Assembly (NCBI RefSeq): GCF_964355755.1
Contig: NC_092677.1
Coordinates: forward strand, 9,694,101 to 9,758,100
Length of the DNA: 64,000 bases
Direction: 5' to 3'
Origin: Antedon mediterranea
Lineage: Eukaryota; Animalia; Echinodermata
Positions 29,509-42,800 of the stretch are shown here, piece by piece. Made by a program: the position numbers and the translations under genes. The notes beneath the pieces are model-generated. The model saw nothing but the letters and a program-made list of their open reading frames with translations. It was not told where the DNA came from and searched no databases. Positions within the stretch are counted from its first letter, which is position 1; each line of letters opens with the position of its first letter.

Positions 29509-32500
29509 ATGAAGCTTTTAGACAATTCAAAACTTGAAGCAATCAGTGAAGCATTGACAGTGGAGACTGGTGATTGTAAAATTTCTGGAAAGTATGTACA
29601 TTTCTGTATTCTATAAATTTCTTAATAATACAATAATCAATTATATATTTTTAACCTTAAAACTACAGTCAGTATATTGAGTAACCTAATTTGTAATTCC
29701 ATTTCCATCTATACTATTTTTCTTCCTTTGGCATTGTACACTGTTGCAGTGACAATACTGAATGCCTATCCATCATAATGTAAATTTTTAAAGCTAAATT
29801 TAAGTTTTTATTATAAAGAATTGTTATTAAATATTATAAATTTGATATAATTAGAAATATGAATTTCTTAATTGAAGTATTTTTAATTTTGCAGAGTGGA
29901 AAGCTATTCCTGTAAGATGGCCGGTAACGATAAGCGTTTATACAAGATGATAAGCAGTGAGAACGGTCAGTCACCAAACGATTTGCAGGCGTTGTCACCT
30001 CCTCAGTCAGGCTTTCATCTCGGCCCAGGTCAAATTTTAAGCACCAGCAGTAGCAGCGGAGGAGAGGAAACAGGCCCACTGTGTCACACCTGTAGTCGTA
30101 GAATGATATACTACCTCATAGCAACGCTAAATGCTTCCTTTCATCCCGACTATGATTTCAGGTGTGTTGCTGTGCCTACTGGTATAATTTTTTGTGTTAA
30201 AATTGGAATGTCGTTTGTATAACTTTAATAGTTTGCATTGTGCTAAACACTAAATTCTGGAAATGTATAAAATAAATAAATTCTTGTATCACCTTTAGCA
30301 AAGGTGATACAAGAATGTTGGTGATACAACTTCAATTATCACTTTCTGATCGGTTTAACCATAGAGATATTATATAGCACTATAATATCTCTATGGTTTA
30401 ATCATAGAGATATTATATAGCACTATATCTCTATGGTTTAATCATAGAGATATTATATAGCACTATATCTCTATGGTTTAATCATAGAGATATTATATAG
30501 CACTATAATATCTCTATGGTTTAATCATAGATATATTATATAGCACTATAATATCTCTATGGTTTAATCATAGAGATATTATATAGCACTATATCTCTAT
30601 GGTTTAATCATAGAGATATTATATAGCACTATATCTCTATGGTTTAATCATAGAGATATTATATAGCACTATAATATCTCTATGGTTTAATCATAGAGAT
30701 ATTATATAGCACTATAATATCTCTATGGTTTAATTTTGAAACGATTGTTTTCATAGTATAAAATAGAAAATGAAAAATTTGATTTTTTTTATCTAGTGAT
30801 GCGAAAAGCAGTGAATTCAGCAAAGAGCCAAGCTCAAACTGGATAATGAATGCAGTTGACAGTAATCTATATTCTGTCCTTGGTGATATGTATGCTGGGC
30901 TTAAAACCAAGCTATGGTCTGCCATTAATGATGAGATTGTTCTCAATGAATGCGAGATATACAGGTAATTATTGTTTATTAAGGTTAAAGTGGTTAACAA
31001 GAAAATAAAAAAAAAATTTAAGAGGAAACCGCAGAACATTTTCTTTGCAATATATTTTCACCTACAGTATCACCCACCCTACAGAAGGATTGAAAAGCCT
31101 CTATATAATAACCAAACAGTACTGTAAAACCATGGACCTATAAATTTATAGGTACATGGTAAAACAATCTTCCTACCCACACCCATACTCTTCACAATAC
31201 ATAATATTCAAATTAACAACTTTATTAATTATGAATGCCATAGACATTTAAAATCTATTGTATGATGTTCACACTTGTCAATTTTAGATAAAGAAATAAT
31301 TGTAAAGTACAACTCAACTCAATCATTTTTAAGTTTTCTATATTATAGTGTTTTGATTCTGGGTTGTCATGAATTATATTTAACTAATTTTGACTTTTTT
31401 TCTTGCATGTTTAGTTACAACACAGATCTTGAATCGGATCCATTTGGTGAAGAGGGTGTTCTCTGGTCGTTTAATTACTTCTTCTACAACAAGAAGCTGA
31501 AGCGGATTTTATTTGTTACATGTAGAGCCACCAGGTATCCATTTTAATACCCATTGTGTTTTGTGTCCATTGTTGTGTGTAAACTTCCATTTGTGTTGCT
31601 TAACTTTGATATTTAATAGATGCTTTGTTGTTTTGGTCCTGTATTTTAAAACAACAATGACCATAGTACATTTATAGGATAGTCGATTTAATTTTAACTA
31701 ACTAAATTATTTATTTTTAATTATTTACTGCTAGTCAAAGTTCTTACTGCAACTAGCCGTTGTCCCTATATTTATTTCCTTTGTTTTATATGCTTGTACA
31801 TGTTAGCTTAATGAAAGAATGTAATAGAATTTTAAAATTTATTTTTGAGTCTGAATAAAAAATAAAATATGCCTACTAAAACTTCAATATAATGCAGAAA
31901 TATTATTGTATTGTACACAAATTCATTAATTCAATAATAATAATAATAATGGCCGTTTATATGCATAAGATATATAATATATGTATAGTTAAACAACTTG
32001 GGACAACGGTGTTATTGTAAATAGTGCAAATATAATCTTAGCATAGTATATTTTAGTAATGACTTGATGGTAAATTGTCTGTACTGTACATGATACTTCT
32101 CCATACGACTGGCACCTTGGCGAGGTGGAGAAGCTTGTGAATCTCAATGATCTGTAGAGCTATGCCGGCGGTAGCCTAGCAAGCTACTGGTAGGGTCACC
32201 CATGCCGGACAGGTCGCACAGTTAGAGGTCAGACAAAGTCCAGTCTTAAGAGGTCTTCACAAAATGATCTGTAGAGCTGTGTTGGGACTACTGTAGCTTT
32301 AAGTAAGGTACTGGGGTCACCCATGTGAGATTGGTTTTTTTTCTAAAGCTCTGTCTACACTATCAAACTAGACAAAAAAGTGTGATGTGCCTAAATATGG
32401 TATTGATATTGCCATACTGTACATGGTAGTGATACATCATGTTCATATGTATGGGCACATAACATTTTTCACATCTAATTTTATAGTGTAGACAAGGCTT

Positions 32501-33110
32501 AAATAAAATTGCCTTATATTGTGTAAAACTGATTCATTATTATATGTTTGTATCTTGTCTTTGTAGCAAATCTGCCATTGCGAGTGGTGATTCTGGGATT
32601 GGATTTGACCTGCAAACAGACATAGATTATGATGATATTTACATGGAGGAAACCGAGGATTATGATGGTTACAATCTGAGACAAAGGTAACTTATTATTT
32701 ATATATTATTATTTATTATATATTAATACAGTATTTGCTTAAATTTAGTTATTGTTCAAGATGATAATATATAATTAATTGAAATAATAATGATATAATT
32801 ATATTCCCAAGTGTTGTCTGTGTCTAACAAGTAACATTAATATATTTTTTTCTACACAAAATTTAAATGAAATCTGTATTAATTTTATATTATTTGTTTT
32901 CTTACATTCAAAAGACTTTCTTTCTATTTGTTGGTTACTAAATGTTTGCTCGAATTAAAGTTCTGGTTAAAAATATAAAATAAACAAACAAAATTCAACA
33001 TACTAGATATTCAAGGTATGTTGAATTTTGTGCTGTAAGGTTGTTTAAAAAACATTTATGAATGAAAAGAAATGTTTTATTTTTCTGTTAGATCGACGCC
33101 TGTCAATTAG
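29509..33110 (+). CDS. MAF1: MAF1, repressor of RNA polymerase III transcription; 258 aa
   Basis: Exons 29509-29591, 29895-30161, 30797-30964, 31415-31534, 32567-32686, 33092-33110. Motifs [75 protein letters not shown], and an acidic tail. Confidence 0.96.
30352..30733. repeat. Tandem array of nine 40/43-bp palindromic units (MAF1 intron 2)
   Basis: Unit TTAATCATAGAGATATTATATAGCACTATA(ATA)TCTCTATGGT. Confidence 0.92.
32108..32335 (+). mobile_element. RTE-clade retrotransposon 5'UTR-like fragment, partly duplicated
   Basis: CACCTTG..GTGGAG..CTCAATGATC..AGAGCTATGCCGGC..GGTAGGGTCACCCATGCCGGACAGGTC..AGACAAAG resembles RTE/Expander 5' ends as I recall them. A degenerate second copy lies at ~32265-32330. 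Confidence 0.5.
32347..32499. mobile_element. Tourist-like MITE family D copy
   Basis: TAA TSD on both sides and the same TIRs. Confidence 0.72.
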
Positions 33111-33379
33111 TATGGATTACAGCAAACAGCAGTGAGCTACCAATAAGGACACTTCACTCAAATTGTCAGAAATTAGATGGAATGAAGAAATTACGTTTAA
33201 AATAGGTTTTAAAACCTACCTGTATTTATTTTTGTAAATCAGCTATATGTATTATACAGTAGATTTTAATAGCATTTAAGCAAGAATATGGTTCAAAACT
33301 GAAAAGAACTGTTTAAACAAAAATAGTGATAGTGATTGTTTCTGATTCTGAACTTGAAACTGGCCTAAAGAAAGGCCTA

Positions 33380-33540
33380 TTTTGACCAAACAATGAGTGT
33401 GATGTGCCCAAATATGGTAGTGATATGGTCAAATATGGTAGTGATATGGTCAAATATGGTAGTGATCTGACATCATCATTTCCATATATGAGCACATCAT
33501 ATTTTTTTGTCCCATAAAGTTTGATAACGTAGACAGAGCT
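33380..33540. mobile_element. Tourist-like MITE family D copy in the MAF1 3' region (left end missing)
   Basis: Three CAAATATGGTAGTGAT units and right TIR GTAGACAGAGCT. Confidence 0.65.
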
Positions 33541-34598
33541 TGACTAACAATTGCAGTGTAGATATTATATATCACCATGCAATATATTGCTTATCAGGCT
33601 TTTAAACTAAGTATTTATTAACTGTTGTGTTAACTATTGTGAATGCTATATACATTTGTAATATTTCATTACAATCTTAAAAGCTTCAGCATTTTACACT
33701 ACAATACACTTGTACATACTGCATCCAGTTGTAAGTTTGTATTTATTGGCATTGGGTTGCCCACACATTGCTTATAAGTTATAATGGCCTAGTTGGCCAA
33801 AATTTGTTTACGGTTGTTAGATATTCAGAAACTTATGTACATATTGTAAATAAGACAGTATGAAATTGTGACAGGTATGTTAGAATAAGTTTATATCTTG
33901 GTGTTGTATGCCATTCTGTTTTGCGCCAGAATTATTTTAAAAAGGTTGATTTTTGCTTCCGAAGTCTATGAATGTATGGCTACTAGTTGTGAATGTACAA
34001 AACTGTATGTATTACTGCCTTTTTAGTGCAATAATGCATGGTTCTGCTTTACAAGTAATAGCACTGCAATAGTTCTAATGTTTGGGGGAGGTTTCGACTT
34101 CACCCCACTCGTGCACATTTTATTATTGTTGTGCTATAGTACATTACCGTAGGGTACAACATTGATGTGACAGTCAAATTAAAGTAAATGAGTTTTTTTA
34201 CAAGACATTACTATACTAACAAGTTTTAAAAGTTGACTAGTTTTATAGTTTTACTTGCATTTTATTTAGATATAGCACATGCTAATAAATTTGAATTTTT
34301 TATGCTGAATAAAATGTTTCTCATCACCAAAAATAAGGTAGTTATTGGTTTATTGAGGTAAACGCAATTAATTGTACACAATATATGCTAATAAAGCACA
34401 GAAAAGGTCTAATGAAATTGTTGTGTGCTATACTAGCTGGTTGCAAAACAAATTAATATACTGCCCTCTATCATCATTATGTATTTTTTACGCTCGAGAT
34501 TCATCGTGTCTGGCACACTTCGCTAAAAAATTCACATAATTTACTTGAAAAAGATGATAAATATTTGTCAGTCATCCTTTCGTAGGTCAATTCCAATT

Positions 34599-35744
34599 AT
34601 GTCTGCCGCCTTGCTGCGTTTTGGCTGTATAAAAAAAGTAAGTACTGCACTATTATATGTTGTATTGTGCCTAGGTAGGGCCCTAGCTAGGCTAGCCCTC
34701 GTCGCTCAGGCTGTTCATGATACAGTCAGTGTGTCAAAATGAGTCCGACACCGCAGGAGATTGCCAATACATACACATTGATTGATATGCCTAGGGCCTA
34801 GATCATATGGATAATACTACTGTCAGTGTCATTGAGTGGGTTCTGTTTGTTTTGTGAGGCTTTCTTTCCTTTCAAATGTAAACGTTAAAATTGATTAAAT
34901 ATTAAAATAATATATTATAGGCCTAAATAATGCCAGAGCAGAGGGATGTCATAATTAATATGATAATAAAACCCTAGTAGGCCTACACTACCTGCCTCTC
35001 TTTATCTCTACTATCTAATTGATTGATAATTGATCTGTTATTACTAATAAGAACGTCATATTAATAATAATAAACTGTCATGTTTGTTTTTTACAGAATA
35101 TATCTATTGCTTCAGTAAGAAAGTTTAATACAATTCACCGAAAAATCGTTAATCAACCATTCGTAGTGATACAAAATGGTCAACAGATCATCCGTCCAAT
35201 CAGCACAAGTTACCGTTGCTCATGCATACCAATGTCTGAACGTGAACTTAAGCAAGGAGCCCAAATCTATGATGGCCAAATTACAAAACGAGTTAGATTT
35301 GTCAAGTTTTTCTCGATTTCAACAAGCCTTTGCAGCTTAGCAATTTTTCCAACGCTGTTACTAAATGACGACACTGGAGGATTTGGAATTCTCGGTTTAG
35401 TCGCAGGATCAGTGGCCTCTGTTATGTTCTTCACGCCTCTTTTCTTGCACTACTTTACAAAAAGATATGTAACGAGAATGTATTTGAACTACGATACCGA
35501 TATTTACACGGCGTACACGATCAATTTTATTTTACAGGACGTTAAGCATGTATTTCACCAGAAGGACATTCTCGTACCTAGTGTGGCAAATATATTCACA
35601 ACGTTTAAAGCAAACGGTAGATCATTTATGGTGGATGTTGAAAGTTTTAGTAATCCAAATGACTATGCTCATTTAATGGGGTATGATAAAATGCCAATTA
35701 CTATTCAAGACATCTCAGATGAAATCAATGATAAAGAAAAATAA
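34599..35744 (+). CDS. TMEM70: TMEM70, mitochondrial ATP synthase assembly factor; 228 aa
   Basis: Exons 34599-34637 and 35097-35744. Basic mitochondrial-presequence-like N-terminus, then IYDG..KRVRFVKFFSISTS, two TM segments, TPLFLHYFTKRYV, FTTF and DYAHLMGYDK. Confidence 0.92.
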
Positions 35745-36002
35745 ATTATCATAATATTGAGTTATAATTGTGCATTTTTGTGTAACTTAATGGATTGAGA
35801 ATGATGTGTCATAGCTGTTTTATGCAAATGATATAATAACTGGAATTGAATTGAATAAACTAACATAAAAACATAGCTAAATGTGTATAAAAAAAAAAGA
35901 AATCAAATAAAAGCAGGCGTTCAATGAAAATTAAATTATGCACTGTCAAATGGTGACACTACAGTACATACACATTCCTAAATAATTTTTGTAAATGTTT
36001 AA

Positions 36003-36140
36003 AGATGTATTGTCCCCCTGAAAAAATTATTATTATAAAAATTTCTGTTGATTATGCCATTTTAATATCACATAATAGTTATCCACTTTGATCTGATTTG
36101 ATTAATCTTTATTTTTCATGTTTTTGGGGACAATACATCT
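36003..36140. mobile_element. Kolobok-like MITE family B, short deletion derivative
   Basis: TTAA|AGATGTATTGTCCCC ... GGGGACAATACATCT|TTAA, with perfect 15-bp TIRs. Confidence 0.75.
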
Positions 36141-36864
36141 TTAAATTGCGTATACTGTAGCACCCACACGCATGGGGGCGTGATGTGTATTATGTTCTTT
36201 CTCAGTTATAGAGGGCTCACTATATCTTTTTCGTCTTGTTGACGTCGTGTATGCAGCGCTAGAAGTATACGTACGTACGTAACTGCTAGCTGGGCCTACT
36301 CTACTAGGTATTTCTTTAATTTTGCAATAATTAACCAGCCTTCTTTCAATGATTGACAAATTGATAAATTAAATAGCAAGTGTATTCTTACAGATATTGT
36401 TAATTTTGACTTTGTTGCCCTTCCTGTTTCTGTTTACCGGTCAGTAGGCTAGCATTTAATACTAGCCTATTATATACTGTCCTAGACCAGCAGAGCAGGC
36501 TCACAGGCCAGGGAAGGCCGACGATCGAAGGTACGCAAGCCTAGTGTGGGCGTACCAAATTCCCCTCCTTAGGCCTAGCTATTGTAGGCAAGGCTACAGG
36601 CTGAGCCGAGTCCCTGAACGTCATTCTTGGGTACCAATCGTACATCCTATCGCTAACCTAATAAAAAAACAGGCTAGGCTAGGCTCTCACTTTTATTTTC
36701 TAATGATACATAGGCCTACATATTTTAAATTTGCAGTCTTTTTATTATGTTTATAGAGAAAACTCTAGGCCTAGACGATGTTAATTGTTTTTTTAAAATT
36801 AAGTAACTAAAAAAATATGTTCTACAGAAGCTTTCTTTTGAAATATTTGTAGGCAATTAAAATC

Positions 36865-39800
36865 ATGAACAACGAAAAAGCAAAGCATCACAAAAACAAT
36901 AGCTTGAATGACAATGAAGAAGAAACCACAAAACTCATTCATGGGAGGCGGTTTTCCTTGCAAATTCCTTTTGCGGAACTTTGTGTACTAGAATTTAGCT
37001 CCGGCATTAAAAAGGAAACAAAAGAATGGGTATTGAACAAGCTTGCTCTACTGCCGAGCCAAAATGGTGCTGGGGTAAACGTTCGAGTAACACAGACCGA
37101 AAAGAAGAAAGACATTATAGTCTACGTAGGCGTCACAAAAGAACGAATGCTTGAAGGAGCTGAGAAAGCGTGCTTAAAGAAAAGATGTAAAGATGGCACT
37201 CTTGCGGACTTCACAATCAAACACAAGGATCAATTCGACCAAGAAGGTAAGAATTGTGTCGGGTCGTTCCAATAACATAATCGCTCGAGCATAAGACTAA
37301 CCCATTGACCACTAAATTTTGTCATGATAAGGGACTGAACTGCTTTGATTATGTGTGAAAAAAAAGGTATGCCTTATCTGCTATATTGGGAGATGCCACA
37401 AACTTTGTGCGCAGAATCTCCTTCAATGCCTTCTTAATAACACAAGCTGTCTTATCGGTTGACAATTTCAACAAAAGATTATTAAAGCATAAAAACAACG
37501 CCGTGGTTAGGATTCCGGCACCGGAACTCAACTGCCCAGCGTTAGGGATTCCGACACGCTATTGCGCATGCCCAGAGCGAGGTAATCGGCGACTCTATAC
37601 TTACCAACAGCGATGGATTATTTCATAGCTGCGCCACACGGCGAACTAGCCTAGATGCCTTCTAATATGGGATCCACTATTCTAGGCTAGGGCTACCAGT
37701 TAGACTACGTGACCAGTGGGCCTATAGTATTTATTTTGTAATTAAAAAGTGGTTGCTTCATTCATATATAAAATTCATATCATTATGAATTATATAATTA
37801 CATGACTAGTTTTATGATTTTTCATAACGCATTATACTGTACATATACAACATGCAATCACAAGTTGATTTGTTGACGGCAGCCACCGCGTGGATGTGAA
37901 AAAACTGTTCGGGAAGTCAGTGTCGCAACGCTAAAAACAGCATTACGATTCTTATTCATTAGATAGATACTGATACTTATTAATATCATTATAATTATTT
38001 TAACGCGTGGCGTAGTCATATTTTAATTATTAATTCATGTATGGCATAGGCCAAGTTTCATCCATCGCTCTCTCGCTCGCGCAACGACTATCTAGGCTAC
38101 AGTAAATCCCTATAACACTCCGACTCTCCGTGGTGTGGCACTATTATTAGTGCAAGCTATAATTCACTTCCCAGAGCTCTGGGCATGCGCAATAGCGTGT
38201 CGGATTCCTTAACGGTGGGCAGTTGAGTTCCGGTGCCGGAATCCTAACCACAGCGTAAAAACAAATTGCTAAAATTTAATGTATAAAACATTTTTTTTAT
38301 TAATAAAATAGTATTCTCTTTAAAAAACAGCAAGTGGTAATTCAAATATGATAATAAAATATTTTATGTTTAATTTATTATAATAAGTTTGTTTTCTCAT
38401 TGGCAGAAGCTGAATTTCTAAGTACGGCAGAACAGCAGAGAATAATAAGTTACATCATCTGCAACCTGGTGTCACATGATGATGAGGTCATACCAGGAAC
38501 GAAAGAGAAAGTGTACAGGTCTGAGAAAACCAGTGAGTTCAGGAACACCCTAAAGCTCTGTATAAAACTAGCAAAAAATGTTATGTTCCTAAATATGGTC
38601 GTGATATGCCAAAATATGAAGTGATATGCCCAAATATGGTAGTGATATGCCCAAATGTGGTAGTGATATGACATCACCTCCATATATCATGGGCACATCA
38701 CATTTTGTTGTCACATAAAGTTTGATAGTGTAGACAAGGCTTTAGAGTTTCTTTCTACAACTGAATTGTTGTACATATATAGTTGACTTCTAGGATTTAA
38801 ATTAGGTAAAAATTCCCAACTTGAAAATAATGAAAATGAAATATTTGAATATCTTGAAAAACATGGTACTATTTTTGCTTATAATGCATCAACCATATAG
38901 TGTGAGATTTACAACCTTTGGCACATTTGTCGGCCATTTTCCAGAGAGAAAATTTTCTTTTTCACCTCATCTCAATGTTTCGACCTTTCACAAAAAGTGG
39001 AAGTATGAAATGTCTGAGTAAAAACTTTATTATCGGGATAGTTAGGAGGTCTGATGTGATTGTGATTTTTATAGTGTACATTTGGGTAAACCACTAATTC
39101 AGATGAATTAATCCAAGGTTACTCAGTGAAGAGCTTAAAGAAATTTCTTACAGGAAGTGACCTGCTGACCTTTTAGATTCTTTATTTGATATCAAACTTT
39201 GATATTGTGTTTTTTGTTGCATTTTTCAGTTATCAAGTGTATGAGTTTAGGAATTGTAAGCCGACTGTACCCATTACATCAGCTGGGTGAACTAGATGAA
39301 CTCAGTCAAGCATGGTATCAAAGTTTAAAGAATATCGTCAAACAACCACATGGTAAATTGCGTCAATTGCGCCCTCTACATTACATTTTTTTTTAGCAAA
39401 GATCATACAAAAATCTGTGACACGCTATGTACAATTATTAATATTGATTGATAGATAATCTGTTCTTAGTTTTTTTCAATTTAAAAAAATTGTTATCACA
39501 GATATGATTCGTCGCTACTTTGGAGAGACAGTTGCAATATACTTCAAGTTCCTTGGCTTCTACACGAGAATGCTCGTATTTCCTGCCGTCTTCGGCATCA
39601 TTTACTACTTCTTTGGAGGTCAAAGACGGGCCAGCCACAGTTACGGACTCTTTGCCATATTCAACCTCGTCTGGACCACATGTTTTCTAGAGATATGGAA
39701 ACGTAAAAGTGCAGAAACAGCATTTCGTTGGGGCACGTATGGGATGGTTAAGTTTGAGGAAGCCCGTCCTTCATACACCGGTGAGGTCTGGATCAACCCG

Positions 39801-42800
39801 GTGACAAAACGTGAGGAACCGCATTATCCAAAATGGAAGAGATCATTAAAAAAATACGCTGTTTCTTGTCCTATTATAATTCTATGTCTTGTGGGTGCGT
39901 TTTGGATGATGTTGATGTCGTTTCATTTTGAGAAGGTGGTGTTAAAACATTACGACATAACCACTACTGAAGGCAAGGTTATGATTCAAGTTCCAAGTAT
40001 TGTCTATTCAATCTTGATCGTCATCTGCAACAAACTTTATCGCAAGTTGGCACGGTTCTTGAACGACTGGGGTAAGTTATGATGAAAAATGCAAAACTCT
40101 TCTTTTGAATCAGTTTGGAGAAAAGTTGATTTTCTACTACTTTAAAAAAAAGAACAAATTTGTCCCATTGTCAACCAAATTCTGCTTCTCTAAAGCTCTG
40201 TCTACACTAAAAAACTTTATGCAAGAAATAAATATGATGTGCCCATATATGGACATGATATTTCATATCACTACCATATTTGAGCATATCGCAACCATAT
40301 TTTGGCACATCAAACTAGGTTGATAGTGTAGACAGAGCTTAAGAATTAGGTGGCTATTTATATTAGTAACTTTGTTTTTTCTTTGTAGAGAACCATCGTT
40401 TAGAATCATCCTATGCAAACAATCTTATCTTGAAACTTGTTGTGGTATGCTGTGATTTTGTTTTTGCTTTTTGCATGTGTTCAGTAATCAAACAATTCAT
40501 TCATTCACCATTAGCTTTCACTCATTTATATTTCAATCCTTTATATATCAATCCTTTATATTTCAATCCTATATATTTCAATCCTTTATAATCAATCCAT
40601 TATATATCAATCATTTATATTTCAATCCAACATTTAATATATTTTCCAGTCTTTTATTCAGTTTAACTATATTATCCAATCATTCAAACAGTTATTAATG
40701 CTATCATTCAATCTATTTCATTTCAATCTTTCAGTCTTTTAATCAATCTTTCACTTTCAATCTTTCAGTCTTTCAATCTCTCAGTCTTTCAATCAATCTG
40801 TCACTTTCAGTCTTTTAATCAATCTTTCACTTTCAATCTTCCAATCAATTCACTCTATTTGTCAATCCATCCACTAAATCTAACATTGCTTGTGTTCCAA
40901 ACTGACTAACCTTAACTAACACATTATTAGATGTTATTGCATTCCTCCTCCTAAGTAAATTATTGACTTTTTTCAGTTTGAATTCTGCAACTGTTTCATG
41001 TCATTGTTCTATGTTGCATTTTACATCAGGGATATGAAGTTACTTAGACAGGTATGTCAGTTGTTAATATCATTACACATAAATATTTTATACGCATCCA
41101 ACAGCGAGCACAAACTCGCCAATTACAGAATGGATAAACTATTTTATAATTTATCGTGCTTATAAACTAAGTCTCATTTGAAGCTTAGGGTTGAAAGAGT
41201 CGTGAGTTACAACCCTGTCACTAGATCAGGATTGAACCAGGATCTTGGGATTGGAAGGCAAGCACGTTAACCACCAAGCTACAGCTTCACTACCATTTTC
41301 ATTGTAGATAATTGATTTCCAAAATTCCAACATTTCAATTAAATTATTGTATTGTGAGAGTTATGAGTAAAAGAAAGAAAAAAACGAAATGAATAAATAA
41401 ACTAGAAAGCCGCTCCGAGAGTGCATACCTCCGCCTACTGTAAAATTCTCCTACATCAGATTTCTCCGGTAAAAAAAAAAATATATATTTGTGTGTGTCT
41501 TAATGCTGTTTGTGATTTACGCTAATTTCACTAAAAGCATGTGTATGCGAGTTTGGTGTAATGGTTATGTAACAAGCCTTTCAATTAACATTAGCTTCAG
41601 TTGAATAACAATAGAACAGCAACGCGAAAATCAAAATGAAGTTTTTTGGACAAGTAGTTCTCGAGAAAATTCAATTTGAGTTTACTTGTTACTTTAAGAC
41701 TGCTCGCCGGCTTTTGAAAAATTCTGTCCTATCTTTTTAACACTAGCAGGTCTGGAAAGTATACTAAAAAGTGGTCCAGAATTGGGACCGTGTTCCGAAA
41801 TGGTCCCAAAATTTAATGGAATGGTCCATGACCACATATCTATCTGTACATTCATTTTGGTAAAGACCTTGTAATTACTTTTTGAGTAATCCTGCTAACA
41901 AACAGACAGACAAACAAACACACGCGATCGATTACATATACCTCCTTGGCGGAGGTAAATAAGTGTATAAATGAATATGACATGAAATGAGACAAACCAA
42001 GATAATTTGTTCTTCTTTTTGTAGTATGTAGCAAGTTTGTTGATTGTCTCTCAAGTGATCGATCAAATGATCGAAACAGTTATCCCGTACTTGGTGCTTC
42101 GATTCATTAGGAAGGGTGCTCTACCGGATTCCCACGACAAGTCTGAAGAGCATCCAGCTCTAAGAGAGAGTAAAATGGACGAATATGAGGTTGGTAGAAT
42201 AGTAATTACTTGTGCCATGTTGCATAGGCCATCAACTACACACCTCAATCTTGAGCGGTTTTTGGCGATTCCTCTGTCCAAGTGGTAACCAGTATTCTTC
42301 ATATTCTTGCCAAGTTCTCTCCTTTGTGTTTTTAGCTTCCTTGTTGCTTTCACTATCTTTTCTAAAAAATGTTTTATTTCATTCGCATCCAACATCAAGC
42401 CTAACCAATTACAGAATGGATAAACTATTTTATAATTTATCGTACTTATAAACTAAGTCTCATTTTAGGCTTAGAGAGTGGAGTTGAAAGAGTCGTGAGT
42501 TACAACCATGGCACTAGGTTAGGATTGAACCCTGGACCTTGGGATTGGAATGCAAGCATGTTAACCACCAAGCTACAGCTCTACTCATACTGCCACAAAT
42601 TCAGGGTTTGGTTTTCTGTAATCCAATTCAAACAATGAGCAGGGTATTGGCCTACTCATCATGGGTTACTTTCGGAGGTTCCCCTTCTCTAGCCATTTTT
42701 TTGTAAGTTGATATGATATGCCCAAATATGGTAGTGAAATAATCATATTCATTATGGGCACATCACATTTATTTTGTTGTATAAAGTTTGTTAGAGTAGA

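Noticed and set aside
30352-30733. Palindromic repeat array resembling a CRISPR
   Set aside because: No unique spacers and no cas genes, and it lies in a spliceosomal intron.
30680-31039. Antisense ORFs over MAF1, RBCK1-like and ANO10 exons (also 29834, 20006, 42063)
   Set aside because: Shadow frames opposite conserved coding exons.
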